Below, in pieces: positions 48,602-57,992 of a stretch of DNA of 64,000 nt (its first letter is position 1; each line of letters begins with the position of its first letter). Under the pieces are notes generated by a model. It had not been told where the DNA came from. It made no database searches and saw only the letters and a program-made list of their open reading frames with translations. The DNA comes from a virus: positions 12,875-76,874 of the IMG/VR virus record IMGVR_UViG_3300032298_000540; one strand, 5' to 3'. The position numbers and the translations under genes are program-made.

Positions 48602-49250
48602 ATTCTTGTTCTTTTAGGGTATCCCAGAAGTAATCAGTCTCATCACCTAAAGCAAGACGATCATATGTATTTTCTACTTGGTAATACTGAGTAGATACTT
48701 TAAAGTCAGGTGTTTTTGGTTCTGCTGGTGTCAAACTATTATCATAGATTCTCATTCTGTTATTAGGGTAGAGAGCATATTGACCATTCTCTAACTCAAT
48801 TAAATTAAAAGATTTATGCTCAGCAGGACTTTCACTGGTAGCATAATCAATTACATCAGGATCTTGATGATAATTATCTATAGTACAAAGATAAATTCCT
48901 TTTTGGTTTCCATGATCACGAGTACGAATCTCATAATCCATTGAACCAATAAATTGTTTCTGTACAACAGTTATTCCATAGTCCATACAATTCCAAAACT
49001 GTAAGTTTGGAAGACTCATATCAGGAGAAGGCGTAGTAGGTGATGAAGTGAATGCACTGATAGGCAACTTATCATACATAGCTGCATACTCAGGTAGATA
49101 AGTTTCAAAATAAAAGGTGCGTCCAGGCATTGACTTAACAGATACCCACACACCTTTAACAAATTCACCCCATCCACCTTGGTGATCCATCAAATATTCT
49201 TTACGTACCCATACTTCTTGTGATGGAAGATTAGCAATCAAACAAGCCAT
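48582..49250 (-). CDS. Conserved phage hypothetical protein
   Basis: ANLP...VRKEYL.D...GEF, LQFWNC, EHKS and YPNNR. Confidence 0.7.
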   Translation of the reverse strand: MACLIANLPSQEVWVRKEYLMDHQGGWGEFVKGVWVSVKSMPGRTFYFETYLPEYAAMYDKLPISAFTSSPTTPSPDMSLPNLQFWNCMDYGITVVQKQFIGSMDYEIRTRDHGNQKGIYLCTIDNYHQDPDVIDYATSESPAEHKSFNLIELENGQYALYPNNRMRIYDNSLTPAEPKTPDFKVSTQYYQVENTYDRLALGDETDYFWDTLKEQESNLPLH

Positions 49251-49273
49251 CTGTATCTTTTAGCTATATTTTA

Positions 49274-49420
49274 TTATTCTATAAGATCATTTGTAAAAAC
49301 GTCTAGGTCAATACCCTTTAAAGCAGCACAAGCTTTCTTGTAAAAATAACAGTCTGTCTTGCCTGCTTCTTCTAGGGCAGCTTTAACTTTTTCCCATTTC
49401 TTGATCTGATCTTCATCCAT
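49274..49420 (-). CDS. Small protein, 48 aa (not in ORF track)
   Basis: KWEKVKAALEEAGKTDCYFYKKA. Confidence 0.6.
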   Translation of the reverse strand: MDEDQIKKWEKVKAALEEAGKTDCYFYKKACAALKGIDLDVFTNDLIE

Positions 49421-49800
49421 CAGAAAACTGTTTGTTCTTTCTTAAGGTTTGACATAAGAACAACAGCTTGCGCATGTTCTTTACCACTACGTTCGAGTTC
49501 ATCTATAGCTACCTTCATGATTGCTTCAAAGAAATCCTCAGAAGAAAGGTCACCTTCTGAAACAAATTCAGTGTAGCTGTCGTACAAATAGTTGTACAAC
49601 CTAGTTTTTTGCTCTTCTTTATTCTTAGCTATCTCTTCTTCTGTCCTTTCTTTTAAAGGAGGAAGCTCACTTGTCACATAGTAAAATGTTTCACGGCTTT
49701 CTTTAGAGGGAGAAGGAGAACTATGGAAAGAACTAAAAAGATCCTGTTGACTTTTCTTCCACTCTTCGTAAACAGGATTGGTGAAACCGGAGTAAGTCAT
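49420..49800 (-). CDS. Hypothetical protein
   Basis: 126-aa ORF. Confidence 0.55.
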   Translation of the reverse strand: MTYSGFTNPVYEEWKKSQQDLFSSFHSSPSPSKESRETFYYVTSELPPLKERTEEEIAKNKEEQKTRLYNYLYDSYTEFVSEGDLSSEDFFEAIMKVAIDELERSGKEHAQAVVLMSNLKKEQTVF

Positions 49801-49919
49801 GGATAGCTTGGTGGTAACCTTCTAACCAAGAAGGGTCTTGTACTTCTTTAACATAGCGCAAATACTCACGATCTAACAGGTTAATAGACTTTAGATTTTG
49901 TGTGGATTCCACGACATAG

Positions 49920-50174
49920 TTACTGATTGGATTCAGTTATAGCATCTTCTTCTTCTACAAGTTGTTCTGCTACCTGTCTAAGGGCTACATCCAATTGAAA
50001 ATCCTTAATGAATTGTAACTTTGCAAAGTATTCATTACGACAATGTTCAGCAGCTTCTCCCTTGAAGCGTTCCCATAAACCAGTATACAAATGATTAGCA
50101 GGCTGGTACACCTCATAGAGATGTTCCATGAAATCAGCTTTCTGCTGTTCTTTTATGGGATCAGAATAGATCAT
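49920..50174 (-). CDS. Hypothetical protein
   Basis: FMEHLY...LYTGLW. Confidence 0.55.
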   Translation of the reverse strand: MIYSDPIKEQQKADFMEHLYEVYQPANHLYTGLWERFKGEAAEHCRNEYFAKLQFIKDFQLDVALRQVAEQLVEEEDAITESNQ

Positions 50175-50364
50175 TGGTATTCACATCGGTAATACTGGTG
50201 TAGATACCTAGTACATCAGGAGAAACTTCCATCAATAGGTTATGCATCTGATCTTCTATTAAGTCTGCTATCTTTTCAGGGGTATTTCCCTTAAACGGAT
50301 CATAACATACTTCAAGATCTACCGCATATGAAATGCGGACAATAGGCTTCAATTCAGTTTTCAT
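50161..50364 (-). CDS. Hypothetical protein
   Basis: 67-aa ORF. Confidence 0.5.
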   Translation of the reverse strand: MKTELKPIVRISYAVDLEVCYDPFKGNTPEKIADLIEDQMHNLLMEVSPDVLGIYTSITDVNTNDLF

Positions 50365-50390
50365 CTTATCGATGAGGGTACCTGCGCAGT

Positions 50391-50615
50391 CTAACGTTCT
50401 TTTGGTGGTGTGACACCAAGCCCTAATAAAGTAGCAAGCAAAGCTGACAAGGTGCCAGCAGCTCTTTCTCCTGGAGCTTTACATACACTTGTTGTATTTT
50501 CATTTGCTCCTGCTTGAGGTAAAAGATAAAACATACAAGCTGCCCAATCAGCTACTGATACTGTTGAAATTGTAACAACAACAATAAGAACAGAAGTAGA
50601 AAGCCAACGTCCCAT
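50391..50615 (-). CDS. Two-helix membrane protein
   Basis: Two hydrophobic segments separated by a Cys-flanked loop. Confidence 0.55.
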   Translation of the reverse strand: MGRWLSTSVLIVVVTISTVSVADWAACMFYLLPQAGANENTTSVCKAPGERAAGTLSALLATLLGLGVTPPKER

Positions 50616-50875
50616 TACCCCTCCAGTAAACGTTCTAATGTATGAACCTGTTGCTGCTGATACACACCTAATCGTTCTTCTATTAGATTGTTATAAGCAA
50701 TTGCTGCATCTACTAACTCGGCAGGTTCTGAATTAGAACATACTGAATCATTTGAAATGAGGGCAGCCACTAGTATGGTTACCCTCATTTCTTGCTTGGT
50801 ACCAATCAAAGCAGGTAAAGGTGTACCACCATTTGTGAATGACTCTAACAATTGATATAGTTGTTGAGAATCCAC
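50615..50875 (-). CDS. Hypothetical protein
   Basis: 86-aa ORF, GTG start. Confidence 0.5.
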   Translation of the reverse strand: MDSQQLYQLLESFTNGGTPLPALIGTKQEMRVTILVAALISNDSVCSNSEPAELVDAAIAYNNLIEERLGVYQQQQVHTLERLLEG

Positions 50876-50905
50876 AATATCTTAGCCGTTATCTTCACTG
50901 TAGCA

Positions 50906-51373
50906 TTACTTATCTGACTTAATACCGTAGTACCAATAGGCTCTGGCTGCTGTTAGATGAAACCGTTTACCTGCTAATAACTTAAGTCTTTTATTCTCCA
51001 TCTCTTCAAACTCTTCTTCTTGGTACGGTAAGACATCATCTTCTGGCATGAGCGAACGACTAATGTCATTCATCTCAATTTGAATACTAAAGTCTTCTGC
51101 TGCATGGTTATGGCATGACATACGTACATGCGCATCTTCTATATCGGTAGGAGGATCAATCTTGTAATAAAAACTCTCCGTTATATTTGGATGTTTCAGG
51201 GTCCAACCGTTTAGTGGTAAGCAATCTTTTGGGACGGATGGAATAGTCCTGGACAATTTTGATTCCACTGGGGATAGCTTGTCCGGTTTGGTAAGCATTG
51301 CGGAGTTCATCAAGGTTAGGTAGGGTTTCAGTTTTAGTTTTAGGGTCGGTCTTCTCTTCGAGGACCTCCCCAC
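50906..51373 (-). CDS. Hypothetical protein (start uncertain)
   Basis: The C-terminal ~85 aa look coding; the 5' part overlaps the upstream gene. Confidence 0.45.
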   Translation of the reverse strand: MGRSSKRRPTLKLKLKPYLTLMNSAMLTKPDKLSPVESKLSRTIPSVPKDCLPLNGWTLKHPNITESFYYKIDPPTDIEDAHVRMSCHNHAAEDFSIQIEMNDISRSLMPEDDVLPYQEEEFEEMENKRLKLLAGKRFHLTAARAYWYYGIKSDK

Positions 51374-51866
51374 TCATGGATCGTAACACAGTTTGTTTTG
51401 TTGTAGTGACTTCTTGTAATACACAAAACTTTTGACGTTCCTCTTCTGTCCAATCAGCTATATCACTAGAAATAGTAACTGTAAGAACAGGTTTACGCAC
51501 AAGAACAAACTCATAGTTACGCCCTGTGATTTTGTTTTCTTTGATGACACCTGACCTACGAATCCAATTAAGTAATCCTTTGAGGCCAACAATGTTGGTT
51601 TCATGGTGTTTCTTAGCTGCAGCAAGTAGATCCTGTTCTTTTTTGACACGTTCGATAGCATCTTCATGGGCAGCAAGTGCATAGTAGATACGATCAATTT
51701 TGTCTGAACGTAAAGCAACAGTCTGCTCTAGTTCTGCTTTGCAGATAGTCTGAGATTCTGGTGTCAGCAAAGGCATGCTGCGTTCAAGGATCTGATAGTG
51801 TTCATACAATTTAAGAACGTTTAGATCTGCAAGATTAATTGCAGTGATTTGAGTTGCTGTAGTCAT
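51156..51866 (-). CDS. Siphovirus Gp157-like protein
   Basis: Coiled coil KID.IY...E...L...KK and C-terminal L..AY..G..IPSGIK. Confidence 0.6.
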   Translation of the reverse strand: MTTATQITAINLADLNVLKLYEHYQILERSMPLLTPESQTICKAELEQTVALRSDKIDRIYYALAAHEDAIERVKKEQDLLAAAKKHHETNIVGLKGLLNWIRRSGVIKENKITGRNYEFVLVRKPVLTVTISSDIADWTEEERQKFCVLQEVTTTKQTVLRSMSGEVLEEKTDPKTKTETLPNLDELRNAYQTGQAIPSGIKIVQDYSIRPKRLLTTKRLDPETSKYNGEFLLQD

Positions 51867-51939
51867 TTGAATAATTTGATAATAAGGTGATCAATAGTAA
51901 AACAAACAATAAGAATTAAACAAAAAGCTATTACATAAA

Positions 51940-52068
51940 TCATGATGCAAATTGCATCTTGATCTTATTTAATATCCAAGTGATTGTTAATGCACTGAGT
52001 GCAAACAACAAATCTTTTGCAATACTAGAAACACAAGGTAGAACAACAGAAGAAATGAATTCAAACAT
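51940..52068 (-). CDS. Small hydrophobic protein, 42 aa (not in ORF track)
   Basis: ATG lies 22 nt after a pseudoknot copy; MFEFISSVVLPC... Confidence 0.55.
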   Translation of the reverse strand: MFEFISSVVLPCVSSIAKDLLFALSALTITWILNKIKMQFAS

Positions 52069-52090
52069 GGTAATAAAGAAGTGGTATTAG

Positions 52091-52118
52091 TGAATAGTTT
52101 TACGTCATATTCAGGACG
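52091..52118 (-). ncRNA. 28-nt pseudoknot motif, copy 1
   Basis: CGTC-CTGAATAT-GACG-TAAAA-C-TATTCA. Confidence 0.8.
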
Positions 52119-52123
52119 GTAAA

Positions 52124-52408
52124 CTAAAGAGTTTCTTTTTCTTTTCCTGAAGCACAAACTAATTCTAAAAGTGTTTCTATAAATGTTACGTGTTCTTCTT
52201 GAGACATATCAGTCCACCAAGTAAGGACAGGTTCTGTTTCATCCCAAGTAATTTTAATAGAAGGTGTGTCAGTACTATCTTCAGTACAACCGTTGTATTC
52301 AATTTTGAATTTACCTTCTTCTACAAGATCAAGAAATTGGGCAGCCATTAGTGTTTCCATTTGTTCTACGAGAGAGTTGGGATAGGCTTGTACCAGGGAA
52401 CGGTACAA
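52124..52408 (-). CDS. Hypothetical protein
   Basis: Acidic; ITWDE..P...WW motif. Confidence 0.5.
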   Translation of the reverse strand: MYRSLVQAYPNSLVEQMETLMAAQFLDLVEEGKFKIEYNGCTEDSTDTPSIKITWDETEPVLTWWTDMSQEEHVTFIETLLELVCASGKEKETL

Positions 52409-53297
52409 AACTTGCGTCTAGCATAGCGTCAAATAGAGTCCAGACATCCTCCGCTGTGTAATGTTCATCAGGTTTGTAGGTCCTCCAGTGGGACAAAGGA
52501 GCCATTGAACCAGACTTGGTATACAACACAAGGAATCGACCTTTTGATGTGTGGTCTGCTGGTGGGGCATACCACCAGGCACAAGCGTTATCAGGGGAAG
52601 AACCCCTGTATTGATCACGCACTATGGTCCGTTTTACCAATAAGTCACGATACTTTTTGAACCAAGTTAGATGTATACATTGAGGCTTATATCCTTCAAT
52701 CTCCTGCTGGAAATCAGATAGGTTTAGTAGCTGCTGTTGGAATGAACCACATGAACAATAAGGTTCTTTAATCTTTTGTTCTTGTTCAGCAACAGTATCC
52801 TCCAAGGAAGAGTTCAAGTTAACTTCTTCATCAGGTTCAAAGAAACCATCAGGTGCTACTAGATGACCAAGATCTGTATGCTCACCTTGCAATAAAGCTT
52901 TTAACTTTTCTTTATCTTTGAGATAGATAAACTTATCTATCCATTCTCTTTGGAATAAAGCTTGATCACTTTTAGCTCCTAGTTGATGTTGGTAATGCCA
53001 ACCCTTAAACATAATGTAAGAGTTGTTATGCCACATACTTGGACCTCTATAGTTAGGACCAAGGTAAGAAAAGAAATCTTTTAAACGAAAAGTAAATTCT
53101 TGATACGCAACAATAACATTCTGTTTAGGATAGAGTTGCTCTGCTCCATCCTGGTACACAACAACAACAGAATCATCACGTAAATAAATGCCAGCAATAG
53201 CAGTGTCTTTGAAATCAGGGAATGCTCTTCCTAGATTACTAATAGAATAGATTTGTTTCTGAGCGGAATTAAGTTGATCTTGAATAAGAGTTTTCAT
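52329..53297 (-). CDS. SWIM zinc-finger-containing protein
   Basis: YCSCGSF...CIHL; start moved to ATG 53297. Confidence 0.65.
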   Translation of the reverse strand: MKTLIQDQLNSAQKQIYSISNLGRAFPDFKDTAIAGIYLRDDSVVVVYQDGAEQLYPKQNVIVAYQEFTFRLKDFFSYLGPNYRGPSMWHNNSYIMFKGWHYQHQLGAKSDQALFQREWIDKFIYLKDKEKLKALLQGEHTDLGHLVAPDGFFEPDEEVNLNSSLEDTVAEQEQKIKEPYCSCGSFQQQLLNLSDFQQEIEGYKPQCIHLTWFKKYRDLLVKRTIVRDQYRGSSPDNACAWWYAPPADHTSKGRFLVLYTKSGSMAPLSHWRTYKPDEHYTAEDVWTLFDAMLDASFVPFPGTSLSQLSRRTNGNTNGCPIS

Positions 53298-53316
53298 TGG
53301 ATGAGTTGAGATGGGA

Positions 53317-53514
53317 TTAGATGAACAGGTCGTCCTGCTCGTTAGGAATGATAGCATCCCTTGGAGCAGTATCGTAAGCAGTCTTACCAATACGTAACAA
53401 ACCATAGGCAAGCATGCCCCAGCTAATAGGGTTAGCTAGGGCAAGAGCGGCTAAAGTACCGATAGCTGCATAGGGTGCTACATGTTTAGTAGCTGCTTTC
53501 AATCTAGAATTCAT
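53317..53514 (-). CDS. Small membrane protein
   Basis: Hydrophobic core. Confidence 0.55.
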   Translation of the reverse strand: MNSRLKAATKHVAPYAAIGTLAALALANPISWGMLAYGLLRIGKTAYDTAPRDAIIPNEQDDLFI

Positions 53515-53545
53515 GGTAGTAACATTAATTAAAATAGTTTAAACT

Positions 53546-53806
53546 ATGGAATACAAATTGATTCCCTTGGGTAAATTAGAATTAGATCCAGGGTTAGATG
53601 ATCTGTTCTGGAAAGAAAGAATCCAACGTGCAATAAATGAAACAACCTCTGTTGATACCCTTAAACAATACTCAACACTACTGTTGGGATTATGTACACA
53701 AAGACAAGGTGTTATCAAAGGACTAGCAAAAGAATTACTCACTATCAAGAATCTAAAGATTGATGATAGTGAGCTTGCTAATCCTGAACTTAAATTAGAA
53801 AGTTAA
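53546..53806 (+). CDS. Small helical protein (weakly NblA-like)
   Basis: Lone + strand gene; two-helix pattern. Confidence 0.5.
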   Translation: MEYKLIPLGKLELDPGLDDLFWKERIQRAINETTSVDTLKQYSTLLLGLCTQRQGVIKGLAKELLTIKNLKIDDSELANPELKLES

Positions 53807-54870
53807 AGCAGGGAATCATCCTCACCTGTAACAGGATCTTTTGCACTGGGTAGTGCAGCTACATCTGTTATACGACATTCAGGTAGTATCTCAATGCCAT
53901 CTTTGATACCATAGGCACCACCTAATTTAGCTGCGTCTTGCCTTGAGTGTTGCATAATATAATCTTGGAATAGTTCTTGATACTTCCAAGTTGATTCCCT
54001 ATCGTCATCAGGAATACTCATATTACTTAATGATTCAACTGCTGCTTCTTGTGTTGTATAGTCAGGGATATTAAACCCTTCAATAGCACATATCTCAACG
54101 TTATTAGCACCACGCATATCATTAACCAAGCTAGGTGTGAATACAGTAGTAGCATAAAACTTCTCATTAAATACTAGTGGTACTTCAGTATCAAGTGCTT
54201 TACTTAAACATTTGGACATTTCTTTTTCATACATCTTGATCTTCTCTGCTGCATCAGTACCATTTAATCCTTTCAGAGTAAGGACCATTGGTAAATCATG
54301 AGCACGACGGTTGTCTTCTTTAAGAATAAAAACAAGGTACTTTGTACGTACACTGTACTTACGTTTGTACATCTCACCTTTACTATTGGCTAGATCAGCA
54401 GCTAGCTTATCGTTATCCCACTTGGTTTTAACCTCAGGGTTATCGAATGTACCAATCGTTTGTTTCATTCCTGTGGTTTCCTCAACCATAAGAGGTGAAC
54501 GTAATAGAATCTGAATACGTGGTTCAGTAAAGTTAAGACCTTCTTCTACAGAAGTGTTAGGTGCCATTCCGAATGTTTGCTTGTAGTTCCAGATGACTGA
54601 TCCTTTAGCAAACTGATCTTCTATAGCATGCCATTTGCAAGTATCAAGGTCTGTGTTACGTATAAACCAACCTCTTGTTTTAGATTTGTTTAAGGGTTGA
54701 ATAGTAACAAAGTTTTGGTACCCAGTAATATATTCTTTAGATTGAAATATTTTAAATGAGTCAAGGTTGCGTGTTGCTAAAACGGAGCCAGAAGTTTTCT
54801 TCATAGTCATGATCGGAAGTGATTTCGTAGGAGGTGCTTGGGTTGGGATGTCGAACAAGGTTTCAGACAT
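53803..54870 (-). CDS. Conserved cyanophage replication-region protein
   Basis: Follows SSB; start moved to ATG 54870, 21 nt after the pseudoknot. Confidence 0.65.
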   Translation of the reverse strand: MSETLFDIPTQAPPTKSLPIMTMKKTSGSVLATRNLDSFKIFQSKEYITGYQNFVTIQPLNKSKTRGWFIRNTDLDTCKWHAIEDQFAKGSVIWNYKQTFGMAPNTSVEEGLNFTEPRIQILLRSPLMVEETTGMKQTIGTFDNPEVKTKWDNDKLAADLANSKGEMYKRKYSVRTKYLVFILKEDNRRAHDLPMVLTLKGLNGTDAAEKIKMYEKEMSKCLSKALDTEVPLVFNEKFYATTVFTPSLVNDMRGANNVEICAIEGFNIPDYTTQEAAVESLSNMSIPDDDRESTWKYQELFQDYIMQHSRQDAAKLGGAYGIKDGIEILPECRITDVAALPSAKDPVTGEDDSLL

Positions 54871-54891
54871 GAGATGTGCTGAGGTTGAACG

Positions 54892-54919
54892 TAAGCAGTT
54901 TAGCGTCATGCTTAGGACG
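54892..54919 (-). ncRNA. 28-nt pseudoknot motif, copy 2
   Basis: CGTC-CTAAGCAT-GACG-CTAAA-C-TGCTTA. Confidence 0.8.
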
Positions 54920-54935
54920 TAGGTTTAATAGAAGA

Positions 54936-55724
54936 TTAAAAAGGAGGGAACTCTTCAGTCTTACTAAAGGGAGCAGGCAGAGTAGGTAGATTGTCACCTA
55001 CGTTTTGTCCCCATGGTTCAGCAATCTCTTCTACTGTGGCGCCACCCCATAAGCTTGGTGCCTTAGTACCTGTTGATTCTCTAGGAGTGTCAGAAGCCTG
55101 GGGCTTAGGACCTAAAGTCATTGAGATTAGTTGAATCTTAGTATTTGATTTACGTTCTTTAGTTTCTTTATCTGACCAGGTATCAGTAACAAGGCGACCT
55201 TGTATGGTAAGACCTGTTCCTTTTCTGGTAAAGTTAACCATGAGTTCAGCTTGATTAAACTTATCATCAGCTGAGTTGATTGCATAGAAGTTAAATAAGT
55301 CTGCTTGGTTTCTACCAGAACCAACCAATAATGTTTGATTAGCAATCATTAAACCGTCAGCAGTTGTTTTAAAACTACGTTCATCTTCTTTATCCATGTC
55401 TTTGATGCAGCGTCCACTAAGGATTACTGTATTAAAGATAGGGAAAGAAGTATTGACTATAGCAATATTTCCTCCCTGTAAAGAAAAGGTACGTGTTGTG
55501 GTATCATACTTAAGCTTGGCCCCATGTACATAGAGTTGTGAATTTTTAGGTGTCTTAAGAAACCGTTCAGAATTCTTACCATAAAGAGTAAGTTCAATTG
55601 CAGTAGGAGCTTTGTTACCTACTGGAGGTAAGAGCAATGGACATCGTACAGCAGTACTAGTGGCCGATGTATATACCTCAGTCGGTTCTTGAGTTGTTTG
55701 AGCGCAAAGGCTAGTGAAGTTCAT
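54936..55724 (-). CDS. ssb: Single-stranded DNA-binding protein (tandem OB folds)
   Basis: NTVILSGR, KGTGLTIQGRL.TDTW.DKET.E and an acidic/aromatic C-tip EEFPPF. Confidence 0.78.
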   Translation of the reverse strand: MNFTSLCAQTTQEPTEVYTSATSTAVRCPLLLPPVGNKAPTAIELTLYGKNSERFLKTPKNSQLYVHGAKLKYDTTTRTFSLQGGNIAIVNTSFPIFNTVILSGRCIKDMDKEDERSFKTTADGLMIANQTLLVGSGRNQADLFNFYAINSADDKFNQAELMVNFTRKGTGLTIQGRLVTDTWSDKETKERKSNTKIQLISMTLGPKPQASDTPRESTGTKAPSLWGGATVEEIAEPWGQNVGDNLPTLPAPFSKTEEFPPF

Positions 55725-55743
55725 TGGATCAGAAGTGAAGTGA

Positions 55744-55771
55744 AAGACAGTTTAACGTCATGACTAGGACG
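55744..55771 (-). ncRNA. 28-nt pseudoknot motif, copy 3
   Basis: CGTC-CTAGTCAT-GACG-TTAAA-C-TGTCTT (stem 2 imperfect). Confidence 0.72.
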
Positions 55772-55776
55772 GAAGT

Positions 55777-57642
55777 CTAGTGGGTGTCGGCCCAAGTATA
55801 ACCGATCTTGGCATCGCCTTCAATCTTGCAAGTAAACTTAAAGAACTTTTGAGCAGCAGGGAAAGCATCTAGTGCTTGAGCCATAACTAGATCTTTATGT
55901 TCTGGTAGGCAAGCTAGTTGGATTTCATCATGGATCATAGCGAGTTGCATCCAGTCTTCTCCATATACCAAACCAAGTTTGTCTAATGCAGTATTCAGAT
56001 TAATAACAACTTGTTTCATAAGAATGGCACCAGCAGATTGCAACAATACATTCAATCCTTTGAATGCTGAACGACAATATAATTGTCTGTGATCTAAACC
56101 AATAAGATGATCACGTTGTGCTAAGCAATTATTAATTTCTTCCTTTAATGATTTAAGTGCAGGCACACCTTCAAGAAATGAATTGATTGCAGTACTTCCT
56201 GTATGACGTAGAACTCCTTCATCTTTTTCATTCGGATCAATAATACTACCTGCCTTAACACCACCACATCCGTATAACATTCCATAGAGAAGACGCTTGC
56301 TTATATCCCTGGTACTCACACCAAATCTTTCTTGATTGTATGTATGAATATCAACTTCAGGATCTACTACTAGAGCAGCATATTCTCCTTTATCCCAACG
56401 AGACAGATACCCAGCTAAACATCTGAGTTCTAATGCTTTTGCATCTACACCCATAAGTAAATAACCTTTGGGTGCATAGAACAAAGCACGGCATTCTTTA
56501 CCGTAAGGACTATATACCCCTGGGACCTGAGCCATGTTTGGATTCTTGTGTGCACATCGACCAGTGATGCAACCATTCGTGACAACATCACCGTGCATCT
56601 TGCCGTCTTCGTGATTAAATAACTTCAACCAAGCATTCTGTCCATCAGCAATCTGTCCTAATCTTTTCTTAATGAGCTGGTATTCAACTAAGGTTTTGGC
56701 TTCAGGAAAAGATAAGCTTTCCAGTACATCATCATTAACAATTGGGTTTCCTTTCTCTGTTGTTTTTTCTGGTACCCATGCGTACTTAGTATGTAAACGC
56801 TCTACAATTTGCTGACGAGATCCCGGGTTAAACTTCTGTTCTGTTCGTCTGATAAAAGGGACGCCTTTAACAAAGCCTCGTTTCTCATTATTTATTTTGG
56901 GGATGAAGGTGGATTCCACTGGTATGGGTGGGAACATTTGCTGCAGAATCTCGTCCAACTCTTCTTTCTTTTGTCTAAGGTTATCAACCAGATCAAGAGA
57001 CCTATCCACATCAAACGGAAAGCCCACAATAATTTGATCGTTAATTGCTTTAGCAAATGCATGCTCAAGATCAAGCGCTGTCTGAGAGTAGTTCTGTTTT
57101 TGTACATGATTAAATAGCTTATGCGTTACTTGTACGTCTTGTCTGCAGTATGCTGCCATCTCTTCTGAGTAAGCAGAGAAATCTTTGAACTCAATTTTAT
57201 TATCTAGTAGACGATACCCCCAGGCTTTAAGTGAGGCAGAGCCTCGTAGCCTAGGAGGTATGTCATAGTCAGCTTCATTATCTTGATCAAGTAATAGTTC
57301 CTTGGGCCATATAAGCCTGGTACATACGAGCGTGTCGATAAGCTGAGCTGTTCTAAAGGTATAAAAAGGATAAAGTTTTCTTATGACTGGGATGTCATAG
57401 AAGATGATGTTATGTCCTATGAGAATGTCAGCTTTAGCCAGATGCTCAAGACCAGCATCAATAGAATCAGGCCCATAAGTAGTAGTAAGTTCTCCCTTGA
57501 TATCATGGATGACAAGACAGTAGATCTCATTGACATCATTGTAAAGCCCGTTGGTTTCTAAATCAAATACATAAGCTTTCTTATTTCCTAAACAGTTGTT
57601 CGTCTTCGATAAGTAAGTCGTGTTTTGATAAGGCTGGGTCAT
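55777..57642 (-). CDS. polA: Family A DNA polymerase, T7-like, with 3'-5' exonuclease
   Basis: FDLET, GHNI..YD, YC.QDV, TGR, DAKALELR, KRLLYGMLYG and HDE. Confidence 0.95.
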   Translation of the reverse strand: MTQPYQNTTYLSKTNNCLGNKKAYVFDLETNGLYNDVNEIYCLVIHDIKGELTTTYGPDSIDAGLEHLAKADILIGHNIIFYDIPVIRKLYPFYTFRTAQLIDTLVCTRLIWPKELLLDQDNEADYDIPPRLRGSASLKAWGYRLLDNKIEFKDFSAYSEEMAAYCRQDVQVTHKLFNHVQKQNYSQTALDLEHAFAKAINDQIIVGFPFDVDRSLDLVDNLRQKKEELDEILQQMFPPIPVESTFIPKINNEKRGFVKGVPFIRRTEQKFNPGSRQQIVERLHTKYAWVPEKTTEKGNPIVNDDVLESLSFPEAKTLVEYQLIKKRLGQIADGQNAWLKLFNHEDGKMHGDVVTNGCITGRCAHKNPNMAQVPGVYSPYGKECRALFYAPKGYLLMGVDAKALELRCLAGYLSRWDKGEYAALVVDPEVDIHTYNQERFGVSTRDISKRLLYGMLYGCGGVKAGSIIDPNEKDEGVLRHTGSTAINSFLEGVPALKSLKEEINNCLAQRDHLIGLDHRQLYCRSAFKGLNVLLQSAGAILMKQVVINLNTALDKLGLVYGEDWMQLAMIHDEIQLACLPEHKDLVMAQALDAFPAAQKFFKFTCKIEGDAKIGYTWADTH

Positions 57643-57814
57643 TTGCTTTTATCCAATTTAATATGGTAATGATCCCTGTCTTATGAGGGTGAGACAATAC
57701 TTTACCAAGGTGGGACTCACTGGTAAGAGGGATGAGATAGAACTTATGTTCTTTTTCATTAGCTTGGATAGCATAGGGAATACCCTTGAGATAACAACTG
57801 ATTACATAGGCCAT
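57581..57814 (-). CDS. Hypothetical protein
   Basis: 77-aa ORF overlapping the polymerase start. Confidence 0.55.
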   Translation of the reverse strand: MAYVISCYLKGIPYAIQANEKEHKFYLIPLTSESHLGKVLSHPHKTGIITILNWIKANDPALSKHDLLIEDEQLFRK

Positions 57815-57992
57815 GGTCTAAGACTAATAGAGGATTACCCTGGTACTCCCCTCGGGGTGAGGGGAGATATACAGGAAGGAAACAATCAGATGTTATCGGC
57901 CTTATCTATAATTGCAACGTACGACCTAACTTAATCTTTATTAAGTTAAGGATAACAGCTAGTGATACCAATGGATCTACTATCCTTGGTAA

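Noticed and set aside
54871-54909. MTLNC... N-termini of ORFs 53803-54909 and 62947-63189 as a conserved leader peptide
   Set aside because: The ATG lies inside the RNA motif, is in frame in only two copies and is absent in copy 5. True starts are more likely 54870 and 63150.
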